From Podarcis gaigeae (taxonomy: Eukaryota): a stretch of 64,000 nt of DNA. Position 1 is the stretch's first letter. Every line of letters starts with the position of its first letter. Where the stretch lies: NCBI GenBank assembly GCA_964106915.2, contig OZ066918.1. One strand, 5' to 3'. Below, piece by piece: positions 39,370 through 52,489 of this stretch. Below the pieces are notes generated by a model that was not told the DNA's origin, did not search any database, and saw nothing but the letters and a program-made list of their open reading frames with translations. A program made the position numbers and the translations under genes.

Positions 39370-40525
39370 TTTAGATTGGGAGAACCTGGTTTGCCAGCAA
39401 ATCACCTGAAAAGTACCTTGAGATTGCATTTGACCAGAAGCTGGTGATTCCTGCATTGCAGGGGTTTGGACCAGATAACCTATCCAACTCTACAGTTCTG
39501 TGATATGGCTGCATGAAAAACACAGAATGATTTTAGGCTGCATTAACAGAGCCATAATTTCCATGATCTGGGAAATAATAGTTCTGTTTCTATTCTGCAC
39601 TAATCAGACTCCATCTGGAGTACTGTGTCCAATTCCGGATGTCACTCTAAGTTTGAGGACAACTCAGATTGGGTTCAGAGGAGGGCAATGATATAAAAAA
39701 CAGCTGTATGAAAACTATGTTCAGTGGTACAGAAAACAAGTCCTATGAAAGAATCAGAATCAGAATAGCATTGATTGAGTTAGTACATAGACCATAGCAG
39801 AAGGTTGAAAGAAATGTGTTTGTTTAGGTTGGAAAAGAAAAGTAGGGGGGGGGGGAGCTAAAATATGATAGCACCCTAAAGGTAAAAGGTAAAGGTACCC
39901 CTGCCCGTACGGGCCAGTCTTGACAGACTCTGGGGTTGTGCGCCCATCTCACTTAAGAGGCCAGGGGCCAGCGCTGTCCGGAGACTCTTCCGGGTCACGT
40001 GGCCAGCGTGACATCGCTGCTCTGGCGAGCCAGAGCCGCACACGGAAACGCCGTTTACCTTCCCGCTGGTAAGCGGTCCCTATTTATCTACTTGCACCCG
40101 GAGGTGCTTTCGAACTGCTAGGTTGGCAGGCGCTGGGACCGAGCAGCGGGAGCGCACCCCGCCGCAGGGATTCGAACCACCGACCTTTCGATCGGCAAGT
40201 CCTAGGCACTGAGGCTTTAACTCACAGCGCCACCTGCGTCCCTCCTGATAGCACCCTACAAATACCTAAATGGCAGTCCTATCAAAAAGGACAAAGACTT
40301 GTTCCCTGATGACCTAATGGAATTAAGTCACTTTTTTTGTTAAACCTGAGGGAAATTATCTTCATAGTAAGAGAAGTTTGTCACTTGTTATCTAAAGGAG
40401 TTGTGAGTTCCTCTTCAGTGGAGGTCTTCAAACAGAGTCAGGTCAGATATCTGTTGGGGATGATCTAATTGACTTTCCTGGGTCAATCAGGGCCCAGAAG
40501 ACCCCTCCATCCCAATGATTTTATG
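39370..40525 (+). mobile_element. Old CR1 LINE 3' portion, interrupted by SINEs
   Basis: MILGCINRAI and CATCTGGAGTACTGTGTCCAATTC (LEYCVQF) CR1 ORF2 motifs; GGAGGTCTTCAAACAGAG 3' region. Confidence 0.8.
39879..40242 (-). mobile_element. Sauria SINE (Squam1), full length, nested in CR1
   Basis: Highly similar to 18653-19007; 13-bp TSD TGATAGCACCCTA (39866-39878 / 40246-40258). Confidence 0.93.
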
Positions 40526-40535
40526 ACCTCTGGGC

Positions 40536-40537
<2 letters not shown>

Positions 40538-40579
<42 letters not shown>
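40538..40579. repeat. (AC)n microsatellite
   Basis: Perfect dinucleotide run. Confidence 0.95.
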
Positions 40580-40580
<1 letters not shown>

Positions 40581-41721
40581 ATGACCAGGGAACAGGAATA
40601 AAAATGTTTCTCAGTTAATGGATCTCTATTGGCTGAATACACCTGTCGGCCCTGTTCCCAGTGGCTACAAGCAGTGTTACCAAAATAGGACCATCCATGG
40701 TTTGGCCAGGGAATGTGTCAACAGTTTGAGGCAAGAGCAACCAGGGAAATACCACCATTGGTCAGAATGTGTGAGCTCCAGGGGTGGAGGAGTTGTGTGT
40801 GCAGTGCCTGTATCACCAGCTGAAGAGGAATATAAGGTAGTATGAACTCCTCTGGCTCCTTCTCACTCATTGTCTTAGCCCTGCAGTGGAGATTACATGT
40901 CCATATATGAAGCACAACCAATGAAGGGAAGTAGATGACAGACCATGGAGAGAAGGGAGTGAAACTGTAACTCCCTGGAAACCAGATTTTAACTTGAGAT
41001 TTAACAGGCAATAATTGGTGTTGTGGGTAAGAGATGGCAATCAAATCTCTTGTTTGTAATGTGGCGACAACAATATATGAGGATGGCCAATAGGCAGAGC
41101 AGCTAGCTTTCTGTAATAAGTCAGGACTGTCAAAAATGAACAATAAATAATTAAAGGAGCTGCTATATGCAGAATTGCACATGGAGATAATTTTTAAAGA
41201 GAAGAGGCAATTGCCCTGAGACATAATGCTATTTGCCACAGCTGACAAAAATTAAGTCAGCATTTTTAAAGAGGAGAGCAACTCCATTTGTTGTCAGTAT
41301 TGGTTAAATTTAGAATAGGTTTCCTAAAGGGGAAATTAACCAAAGCAGTGTATATTAATCATTCCCACCTGTCATTTGCTGAGACAGGAGTGACTTGCGG
41401 GAGCACTCTGATGCCATTAAATCTAATGTTAGAAGTGGATCTCTGTAGTCATTGAAATCAGAGTGTGCAAAGCAAGGATTCCAGGTTGCTGAATATGTAG
41501 ATATTGAGCCACACTAGGGTTTGTAATTGCTTATTGTATTAGTTTAGTTGCTTGTACTGTGTATTGCAACTGTAATTTAATTCAATTAAGAGAAGATGAA
41601 TGGCCAAGTAAAAAAGTGGAAGATCCACTGTATAATAGAGAATTGCCATAGAATTATGTGATTGCAAGCATCCTGCTAGAGTGAAAATAGCTTTACCTAT
41701 AAGGGTAAAAGAGGTACCAGA

Positions 41722-42055
41722 CAGGGCTGGCCCAGGATATCGGCACCTGAGGTGAACCACAAAATGGTGTCTTCCCCTCTCACCATGGAAGAACAGGTGA
41801 GTGAAGATCTACATCAGGAAAAGGGGTGGGGGAGGCCTAAAGCACCTCCTATTTGCCAAGGGGCGGCATTGGGAGGGGGGGGGGCTGCCAAGGAAACAGC
41901 AGATCTGGCCTCCAAGGACTATGCATCTGCTGTTGCTGCCACCACAGTTGGGGCAGCAATAGTAGGCGATGCATTCTTTGGAGGCAGGATTTGTTGCCTC
42001 TGTGGATTCTGTGACTTGAGGTGCTCAGCTCAACTTGCCATGTGGGCCAGCCCTG
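41722..42055. mobile_element. hAT-like MITE
   Basis: 13-bp perfect TIRs CAGGGCTGGCCCA / TGGGCCAGCCCTG; degenerate 8-bp TSD GTACCAGA / GGACCAGG. Confidence 0.8.
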
Positions 42056-42537
42056 GGACCAGGATATGTGTGTGTGTGAGTGACATATATGCACAATGTG
42101 CATGTGTTCGTGCACGCATGCACCAGATCAGCGCATTGTCTCCACATAGCATTTCCCCTCAACTATTTCCCCATGGCTTCATCAGCTGTCTACAATACAA
42201 AGCTCTTTTCATGCAAATGTCAGTTTCAATAAGAATTCTTGAGAGGAAAATGCAAAGTACACTGTTATACAATCAGAATGGTTTCAGAACGGAACCCTTG
42301 ACAACTTGAAAATAAATATTTTCTTTCACTTCAGTGTGGATTACTGTTCACGTTGGCATCCCAGAAAGGGTTGAAAGGTAAGGAGGCAGGCTTAGGGAGT
42401 TTTGGCAAGAGGAAAAACAAATTGGAGGAAAATTGCAAATCAAGTACAGATTGTGAATGGTTGTAAAAGAATACACACTGTAATTCTGGCAAATTAAACA
42501 AATGAAAGGAATCCTAAAAATACTAAGGATTGAGTAA

Positions 42538-42630
42538 ATGCAACAAAGAATCTTGTGGCACCTTCAAGACTAACAAATTGAATTGTAGCCCTGGGGATGA
42601 GAGCCCACATTATCAGATGCATATCTTCAG
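42538..42630 (-). mobile_element. Degraded Penelope-like remnant
   Basis: Minus strand GCATCTGATAATGTGGGCTC...TTTGTTAGTCTTGAAGGTGCCACAAGATTCTT. Confidence 0.6.
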
Positions 42631-42646
42631 TTGTTGGGTATATACA

Positions 42647-42648
<2 letters not shown>

Positions 42649-42691
<43 letters not shown>
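42649..42691. repeat. (TG)n microsatellite
   Basis: Perfect dinucleotide run. Confidence 0.95.
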
Positions 42692-42693
<2 letters not shown>

Positions 42694-44088
42694 CTGTGTA
42701 TGTGTAAAGAGAGAAAATGCAAAGGTTCAAATTAAAAGTCTAAAAGAGCAAGGAGACTTCTGGGAATGAATCTGTGATGCAAAGAAATTCATTGTTAAGA
42801 AATGTGGGTGAGGGTTTCACACATTTACGTTAAAATATATGGCAATTTCAAATGATCAATTTCCATCTTTAGCCCTTATTAGAAGGCCTTGAATTTTACC
42901 CTACTTGGTATTGAATGCATTTAAAAACAAACAAGTAAGGAATTTCAAAATTTCCACCTTTGCCATGACAGCCTTGCAGTACAATTTGTGTGCAAATGTC
43001 ACACCTTTTATACACACTATACACAGTTAATTTAATTTTTCTCCATATCCTGTTGCTAAAATTCAGGGGGAGGGGGGGAATCCACTTATGCTGTTCAGCT
43101 TCATAACAGCCTCTGATCCAGTACCAAAACTCTGTCATATACCTGTTTTATCTTTTTTAAAAGTCTGGGGGCCTGAAGGCTGAATGCTACATACTGAATA
43201 TAGCCATTTTTGTTCCTGACATATGTAAGATATAAATGAATTTCTTGTTTGAGGCCAATGTCACCAATGTTCAGAATTACCTCATGAATTGTTCCATTTC
43301 TAATGCATAAGTGGTATTATGCATAGAGTAGCATTTCCACAAAGGTTCTTCTCTGGCTTAGTATGTGAAATGAGTGTTCAATGTTTACTCTTTTATTTAT
43401 TTATTGCTATTATACCCCAACTTTTTCCTGAAGAGCTCAAGGCGGCATACATGATTCCTCTTTTAATCCCCACAACAATCCTGTAGACTCAGCGCCATCT
43501 GCTTTGTATATGTATATTGGGGAAAAAAAATCTATAATACTAATCCCTTCCTCTTACTGAAATGCTTGTTGATTGCTGTGCAAATACATGGGTTACAAAG
43601 CCATATGATCTGCAGAAGCATTTGCAAAATTTATTTACTGCTAACCCTACTCAATAATGTTAATTCAATGTTACTTTAATATTAACCTCACCCAGTGTAC
43701 ATTAACTTATGTTAACATTAACCTTACTCAATATCTTCTCTCTTGGGGGCAATATATTTCTTGCACATCCTTCAAGACATTCATTCTATACACATAGGTG
43801 GGGAAAAACTTGTCCATCCTTGTTGCAGCTCTTGGATTCATTACCCCCCGACTTCTGTGCCATCTGGTGAAGGTCAGAAGGGGAAGCCTGTGTACAGTTG
43901 TAGAAGCATGGGCCAATGACTCAGTTGAAAATCACAATAACAATAACCCTATTGGAACCTTATTCTGGTTCCCTTTGCTTTAGTAAGTGGATGAACAGAT
44001 GAAGCAGAAGACAGAACTCGTATACCTTTCATGGTAGGCGATTTCTGTCCTCTGTTGCATCTTCCATGGCTATATAGAAAAAGGGCTA

Positions 44089-44256
44089 CTGTATTTTTTC
44101 GTGTATAAGACTAGGTTTTTTTTACCAAAAAAATTAGGTTTAAAATTGGGGCTTGTCTTATACATAGGTAGTGCTGAGGGGTGTTTTCTTAATTTGGGGT
44201 TCCCAAAAATAGGGCCGTCTTATACATGGGGGTGTCTTATACACGGAAAATTACAG
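44089..44256. mobile_element. Tc2/mariner-like MITE
   Basis: CTGTATTTTTTCGTGTATAAGAC / GTCTTATACACGGAAAATTACAG TIRs with TA TSD. Confidence 0.85.
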
Positions 44257-44271
44257 TATTTCTCTGTCTAC

Positions 44272-44422
44272 CATAGGAGCCAAATCCTAGGGGTCGAGTT
44301 CCCTTAAGTCCTCCCAATAATATATTTGAGGGGGCTTGGTCCCCCCCCCCAAGTTGATGGACATTGCCATTCAAATTGTATTTGTGCACTTGGGCCCCCT
44401 CAATATTTTGTTCGCACCCCTG
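44272..44422. mobile_element. hAT-like MITE (inverted relative of 53538-53709)
   Basis: CATAGGAGCCAA...GCACCCCTG termini; similar to the reverse complement of 53538-53709. Confidence 0.7.
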
Positions 44423-47143
44423 CTCCCTATTCACTTAACTAAGCACACATGAAGTTTTAAAACCCTCAAAATATTCACAAGTGGAGTATTGTATACAGAT
44501 GAATAAGTATGGTCTTCTAGGCAGCAGGGCGGGATAGTGGGGGGGGGGGTGTGACAGAGAAGGCTCAATTTTTAGATATCCACCATGGATGGGAAATAAA
44601 CAGTTGATTTAATGATATTTCTGTCCCACCACAAATGTAATCATAGAGGGAGGATGTGGTAGACAGGCCAGGGTTATAACCTGCACATCTATAGGTCATG
44701 CTTGGGGAAATGATCAATGACAGTTAGTTGTTGACTCATTGGAACTTGATCTCCTCTAGAATTGCATGAATAAGCTCAATTTGAAAGGCAGGCTCAGCAT
44801 GTTCACTGTATTGCCTAGTGAATTTGGGAAGCTCATTTAAGACAAACTTGAACATGAATGATTCAACACCGAATTGGGCTGCGTCATGGAGAATTGTGAA
44901 AGGCTGAATATTAAAGAATAAATAATAATTGGTTAGATTTTCCTATTAAGTTCTTTCATTTGGAGGCTGCATTCAGCTTTTGAAATGTGTATTATGTCAC
45001 AATCCATTAGTATTCAGTCAGAAAAACTTGAAAGTAGTACTATTCAGCATTTTGCATTGACAGTTTGTAGGGTTGTGTTTTTTTTAAAGTAAAGATTCAC
45101 TTTTGTCTTGACTCCATTGAATCAGGACATTTGTCCTGACATCAAATCTTAATGGTGATGTCAATTATTTCTTTCTTAAAGAAGAAATTAGTGATTGCTG
45201 AACTCTAGGCATAGTCATAAAAAAACTCACTTTGGAATCCACATTGATGCTTTGGATAGGGTACTACTTTGCTTAAGATCTCTTTTGACAAATCGTGTTT
45301 CACCTTGTATTTGATTGGGCCAGAGCTTCACTTAAATTTTCTAAAGCTTGAAAACTGAATATAATCAGGAAATGAAAAAAGAGAGCTGTAACTTTCTACT
45401 TTTTGGCAGAAATGGATGGAATGTGTAGGCACAGCAGCAGCCCTTTATTTGGAGGATGAAGTCCGTCAAATTTCAGACAGATAGGTCCAGTGTTTTTTGT
45501 GAATATTAACTGGTGAAATTCACTCCTGCCTTTTCTCCCACAAACTATATTGGGAGAAAATCACAATCCTGCTTCAGCCTTGATATAGGGAATGACACTC
45601 TAGAAACTAAAGCAGAGCTTGTGTACAATATAACACATTCACAAGCCCAATTCAGGCATTCTAGTCTAGGCATTCTAATTAGTGAGATGATGAAGGAGAG
45701 CTCTGACCTTCATTGCCTTCCCTGTTTCCCTCCAGGTGTTGGAGTGATAACATGTGAAGCAGGCTACTCCTTCCTCCAGCAAATTCTCCCTGCTGCTAGT
45801 TGACTCTTTGGCCTTTTGAAAGCTTTTGCTTGTTTACAACAGAGAGGGATGGGCCAGAATGGCTGGCTAATGGGGACAGTAGGGAGAAAACACATTATAA
45901 GCAACACCAAAACATGGTGAGATCTGGGTCTGCCTTGTAATGGAGTGAGAATTTCCAGATGGTTCTGAACTCACTGCTACTGCTTGAATCTGTGTTTACA
46001 AAACATCTCTTGCCTGCACACGTCACCTTTTAGGAGAAGGTAACTTCCCTGGGGATTTGTGGTTTCAAAGGTTAATTCAAAGTGAAGCCCAAGGTAGGTA
46101 ATACACTATAAATCATGAGAAGAATATAACTCACTTTATTCAGAACTTTATTTTCTTCACTAAAGCTGAAATAAATATGGCTTTTCAAGTTTATGGATCA
46201 AATTAGAAGATTCATTTCTTTGAAGGTCTTTTCCAATTTTAATTCCCCTGTCTTACAACATTCCAACAAAATTCAGTTTAATTTATTTGCCATGTTTAAC
46301 AAATCTGATTTTGAGGCCTGCTTATTTTTCAGTAGGGAGCAGAAGGAGTCCAATGAATTTCAACCCTGCCAAACATGCCAACTCAGCTCGTTAAACAAAG
46401 CTGACATTTTATATATACTTCTGCTTATGATGTGCGCTGACAACAAATGAAGATAAATAAATGCAAAATGTCTTACACTTAAAGAAATAATAACCAAAAA
46501 TATTGCGTTAGTAAATACCAGAGCAAATTTACATCTAGGAAAATAATATAATACCAAACTAGTGACTTGATGACTAGTAATAAACACCTAATTAAATAAG
46601 AGTCTAGAAACCTCATATAACAGATATGCATAACTGCCACAGGGTACAAAACAACATGCCAAAGCAGAGCAACTTGTGTGATGGGCAAGACATTCTCAAT
46701 ATGCTTAATGGAAAACATTACTATCGTATATCCATGTGCAAAGGTACACAGGCATCTCTGGCTGGAGGGATGGCATATAGATGAACTGTGCCTAGTTTTG
46801 GCCTTCTGTGTGCCACATTGACCTTATTTTGTCCCACATGACAGTCTTTTCACAGCACTGCTCTGCTATACCCGGACATCGCCTACCTGCAAGCCCAACA
46901 TCCTAGGGCTGGATCTACACTGACCTATCTAACATTATTAGAACAATATTAGATATAGCATTCTAAAACGTCACAGGGCATACTTGCAAATTAAAAGAGT
47001 TTCTTACCTGTTTCCTATGTCAAAATGCCGTTTCCCTACTGCTGGTTCCTGGTTGCTCTACAGCGTTCTCTGGTGTCACATTTTAATAATGCATTAGAAC
47101 ATTAAAAGTAGGACATAATGTGTCCATCTATGTGTCAAGATAC

Positions 47144-47617
47144 TGTCAGTGGATCCTGGTTGGTGGCCCAGGAAAGTATAAAAACAGGGGAAAGTTCCTT
47201 ACAGTCCTTTTTTATTTCAGTCTTTACAGAGAGAGGCTATAGAACCCAGCCTCTTGGATAATGGCACTGTCCTTTGTGAATCTCCACCCCTTGTCTCTCC
47301 CACTTCCTCATTCGTCATCATCACCACCTCCTCTATGGGTGCTACTAAGTACCCTTCGTCTTTGAGCTCTTTGCTCTCCTACTTTTAAGGCTTGCCGGGT
47401 TCTGGGAGATGAAGGGTCAGGAATGCTTTATAATGACAATGTGTCAGCCAGGTGTTGCTCTGGCTCTTCCATTATTTCCCAACTTCCCCCCTCATCTACC
47501 TCTGAGCTGTCACCTCCTTCAAACCCCTGTTGTAAATCTATACTGTCTTCCTCTTCGTCCTCCCTGGAAGGATTGGGAGGCGATTTCCACCATTCCACCT
47601 CTGCCCAGTCCCTGACA
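47144..47617 (-). mobile_element. Solo LTR-like element nested in a Harbinger-like MITE (about 46905-47682)
   Basis: TGTCAG...CTGACA termini; flanks ATAC/CTAC; AATAAA on the minus strand near 47212; the host MITE ends are GGCTGGATCTACACT / AGTGTAGGTCAGC. Confidence 0.6.
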
Positions 47618-48059
47618 CTACGTTATGGAAACCATTCCTTAACCCTTCCTTAGCATTATAAACCATGAGTGTAGGTCAGCTTGAGGCAAGGTTGTGACAT
47701 TGTGTCATTATAGCCAACATTGGTCCCTTTGGGGGAAAATATTTATTATATGGGCAGTAGCTCACACTTTGTCGGAGGCTAACAATCTTTAACTGCCAAT
47801 ATATATAGGAGAAGCTTTTATTGTGATATTATGTTGGCCCAGAGGTTTATATTATTTGTTAGGTGATAGGTCAGCCCTGCTGGGGGTGGAAGCATAAAGA
47901 GTGGTGAAGGGTGGGAAAACATTGGAGGGCAGTGGAAGTGGACATATAGTGGGAAGGACAGGTGGTTTGGGAAAAGGTTTGCTGTAGTGATGCTTCATGC
48001 TGAAGAAGCAGAATGGCAGAAACAATCATGAATGCTGATTACCATAGTACTCCGGCATT

Positions 48060-49160
48060 AAATTGAAAGTTCCAGGTTAATAAGAACTAGCTGTTACATT
48101 CTGAATTAGTTGTAGTTTCTGAGTTACCTTCAAAGGTAGCCACACGTAGTGTGCATTGCAGTAGTCCAAGTGGGATATAACCAGAGAATGTACAGTGGTA
48201 CCTCGGTTTTTGAATGCCTCCGTAGTCGATTGTTCCAGAACTCAAACCCTGAAAACCCAGAAGTAAATGCCTTTGTTTTTGAACGCGTCTCAGAAGTCGA
48301 ACAGGAAACACAGCTTCCGTTTTGAGTTTTCCATATTGGGGCTTCTGTCTTGAGGCTTCTGCTTTCAGTTTTTGGTTTTCGAACGTTTCGGAACTCAAAC
48401 GGACTTCTGGAATGGATTATGTTTGAAAACCAAGGTACCACTGTACCACTCTGGTGAGGCAGTATGTAGGCAGGTAGCAGCCAGAATATCAGATGCAGCT
48501 GGTAGACAGCCACCCTGGACACAGAGTCGACCTGTGCTTTGATGGATAGCTGTGAGTCCAAAATGACCACAAGGCACCTGGTTCTTAAGGGGCACTGTCA
48601 CCCCCATTCAGAACTAGGGAGTCCCCACACCCTGTCCCCAAGAAACAATACTTCTGTTTTGTTGGGATTCCATGGACTGCCACCCATCCTCCACCTGCCT
48701 CTAGACACCCACACAGGATGCTCAGTGCCTACACCGGTTCCAGTTTAAACTAGGGGTAGAGCTGGGTATCTTCTGCATATGGGGGAACACTCAGCCCAAA
48801 CTGCCTGATGATCTCTGCCATGGTTTCATATAGAGGGGGAGAGGACAGAGCCCTGAGGCACTCCAGAGGTGAGCACCTAGGGGCCCGAACACTCATCCCC
48901 CGACACCACCTTCTGGACACAGGAGGAAGGAGTGGAACCACTGCATAACAGTGCCCCCAACTCCCAACCCTTCTAGGTGGTCCAGAAAGATACCGTGCTT
49001 GATGGTATCAAATGATGCTGAGAGATCCAGCAGAACAAGAAAACAACTTTCACCTCTGTCCCTAGCCTGCTGGAGATCATCAATGAGTGTGATATGGGCA
49101 GTTTCCAATCCATGGTGGAGCCTGAAACCTGATTGGAAAGGATCCAATCTCTCTCCAGGG
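48060..49160 (-). mobile_element. L2 LINE RT fragment
   Basis: LDPFQSGFR..GLETA..LVLLDLSASFDTI, YAEDTQLY (YADD equivalent), VILDSQLS..QVDSVSR; frameshifted. Confidence 0.9.
48193..48443. mobile_element. Tigger-like MITE nested in L2
   Basis: CAGTGGTACCTCGGTTTT / AAAACCAAGGTACCACTG TIRs, TA TSD. Confidence 0.9.
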
Positions 49161-52100
49161 AGCCATGCCTGGTTCCATGTAAACACTTTGCTCTTTACCC
49201 AGGGGTTTGATTCATAATTTGAAGGGTTTGGGGCATTAGTGGCCTCTTTCAGTGGGGTGGGACCTGAACAAAAATAGTAAAACATTATAACAAACATCTG
49301 TGTTTATCTGTGTTTTTAGGTATTGTTTGTTATAATGTTTATACTATTTTTGTAAGTTGCTTTGGGTCACTTTCGTAAATGAAACAACCAAATGATAATG
49401 ATGTTGATGTTGATGATGATGATGATGATGATAATAATATAGGTGATGGGAGGTGATAATATGGTACAACAAGCATGTTTTTACGTCATAGTAGGTAAAT
49501 CCCTCATCAGAGAGTCCACAGAGGGCACCCTGGTGTTAGTGGGACTAAATAAAAGACGTGGCCAGTGAATCACACTGTGTTGGTGCAGACATAGAAGAGT
49601 GCAATGGGGCATGTGCCAGCAGAATCGTTTTATTATTAGGCCATTAGCCACTTTGTAAAATTTCACCGAAGACAATAAATGAGCCATCACTAAAAACTGA
49701 AATAGGAAAATGCTTTATAGATGGGCCATTAGGTGGTGAGTAGAGAAGTCGGTGTATTTGGATACAAGCCATTTTAGTCCCACTAAATTTAGCAGTAGGT
49801 TTTATAGGAATCACAGAACTGTCAAGGAGAAGGGCCTGAAGATCATCCAGTCTAATTCTCCCCCATCATGCTCACACGTTCCTAAGCAGGTTTGCCTGCT
49901 CCCAGCGAAAGAATATAGCATCTTAATCTACTTAGTCTACTCTGTTAAAAATTGCAAAAAAAAAAAAAAGCAGCAAGGTGAACTGTTCCAGATGTGTCTG
50001 TGGGATAAGCTACACATTTAATAGAACTGCAAAGATGGTTGAAGTATGTGAATCAGCAATATGGCACAAGTGAATGCAAATGGGAGGGGGGAAGAGAGAG
50101 AGAAATGTTTCATCTGTGTTGATTGGAAGAAGAATAGAAAACCATTTTGCACCCAGCCATATAGTGGCCAGTTGAACTCTGAGGATGCTGATTTATTGAG
50201 CCACTCTCCTTGTCCCCCTCTTTCTCTCTCTCCAAAAATGCAGTTCTGCAAGGTTGAGATTGTGTTTCTTAATCGTGATAAAAGGCATCTCTCTAAGCGG
50301 TACATGCTTAGAAATACATGTTCTTTCATGCTGCTTGAAGCCAGCTGGGTTTGACAGCTCTTCTTTCTGATATGAATCGATCCTACCCTCACCCTTGTTC
50401 CTTTACTGGGGTTTTTCTTTGGGGCGGGGGAGATTAAAAGGTAGTTCCTTGAGTGATGTGAAAAAATAGGTTATTTCCCCCTCATTAATACAGAGAACAC
50501 ATCTTCTGTGAAGGCAAAGATAAATGGGAGGCAATGTATGATATTTGCAATCCACGTGTTTCAGATACAATGAAACTTGCTTAAGGCAACTTCCAGCATG
50601 GTTGTAGAAAACCTTATACTTAGACCTAGCAAAATACTCCCAACACAGCTTTTTCTCACCATTTGCAAATGCTAGCTGTGATACCAGATACAAAATATAT
50701 TTTCCATCCTACGTTCAAGAAATTTTCAAACTCATGTACATACTAATTTCCAAAGCTTTTCTGTAGGAAATGTTTACTATTGGAGGAACAGCTTTTTTTT
50801 AAAAAAAAAGGGATAATCATACAGTATCATATATGAAAAATATGTTTGCTTGTTTATTTTATTTATGTACCACTTTTGACTCCATAGTGTGCAAGTGCTG
50901 TACTGGTATGATAATCAAAAGTACTCCCTGGAATAGCCAGTGATATGCTACAAAATGTATTAGGGCTACTCCAAGTATTCACAGTTTTTGATATATGTAA
51001 ATCTACAAATTGCAGCAACATTCACCTTTTCTAAACCTATTGTTCACCGATATTGTTTCTGTGATATGTTGCTTTGGTGCTGTTTTCTTTTTCTGAGAAT
51101 TGGGTGATCCCAATCAATCAGGGATCACATACTGAATGGGATGGTGTCATGACAAAACATGGCAAATCAGATTATGGATATGTGCTGACATTTCTGAGGG
51201 CAAATGAAACAACTTTCAGAAAGCATCAAAAAGATGGAAATAAGTTGAAAACAACCACATAGTTATCCGTTGCTTTTATCCCTTTTATCCATTGCAGAGG
51301 GAATGGTACACAACCACCCTGTTGTGCAGGTCACTTGTATCACCCTATTGCAGAAACAGTTTCAGTGAACAATACGGTTGGAAAAGGTGGATTTTAATTT
51401 TTTTAATAATTAGTGGATTTATTGAATTCCCCATAAAAATCCCCCATACTTCCCAGGCAGCAGCAAAGATCAACCTACTTAAACGGCCTTCTCAAACCAA
51501 ATCTTGCATTCAGTGTCAAACAGAAGTCTCACATTTTATTGGCTTGTTCTTATTCCATAGGATGCTGAAGCCTCATGCTCTACTAATAAAGAAGTTTTGC
51601 AGATCAAGAAGTGCCCAAGTTAAGACAGGGATGACTGTCCTTGATGTTAATTTAATGCTGCCCCCCTCGACCACAGGCTCAGTTAACATACACAACACTG
51701 CTGGTCATGACTTGTTGAAAGTATTTGTGAAAAGCACCTTTTGGGCTAAGTCAAAAAGATGAAACCTCACATAACTGATGCTCCACGTGAAAACGAAATA
51801 AAGCAAATCCCTGCTGACAGAATACTAGCAGGGAAGAGAGAGAAATCTAATCTATAACTCTTCTAAATGAAATCTAGTTTTCTAGGTGCAGGGATTTATG
51901 TCTTTGATGTGGTACGGCCTGGATACAAAATCTCCCCCAAGAGAGAACTAAACATTTCATTGAATGAGAGGGAGGGAAGGTTGACACTGAATAAGCTAAA
52001 AATAAATACAAAGAATCTCCAAGTCATCATATTTTCACTAAAGTCATGACTAGGGAGCTCATTTCAAGCTTGCTGACTCTGTGACTCGTGGTATTTTTCA

Positions 52101-52489
52101 AAAAATAAATAAATTTTGAGGCAGCTTCAGTGTGGAGATCACAACCAAATGCTTTTTGCCTGCCCGCTGCAGTTTGGCACCCAGCTGTGTTCACACAATA
52201 GGTGTGCATTTTAACAAGATTTTACATTACATAATACTAAGGAAGGTCAGTAAATGAAAATCTTCTGCCTCTTTGTGATAAAGCGGCATTTATTCTCCAG
52301 ACTCTTGCTGCTCTGGAGAAAAGATAGTTGCTTGGGTAAGATGTTAAAATAAGGGAATGAGGACGAGGTTGGTTGCTAATGGTAGGATTGCCTGTTTATG
52401 TTTACATTTAGACTTCACATTTCCTGTATGGGTCTCTTCCGCTGCAGAATCACAAAGCTGTGTGTGACACACTTCCCCGTTTTGGCATA

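Noticed and set aside
40615-40836. Possible plus-strand exon (TTTCTCAG ... AAG/GTAGTA) with an open frame
   Set aside because: Weak splice sites, an unrecognisable peptide and no partner exons.
41752-42309. 185-aa ORF on the plus strand
   Set aside because: It runs through a hAT MITE and low-complexity sequence, with no splice or domain support.
51292-51762. 156-aa ORF on the plus strand
   Set aside because: Non-ATG start, random-like composition and no domain.
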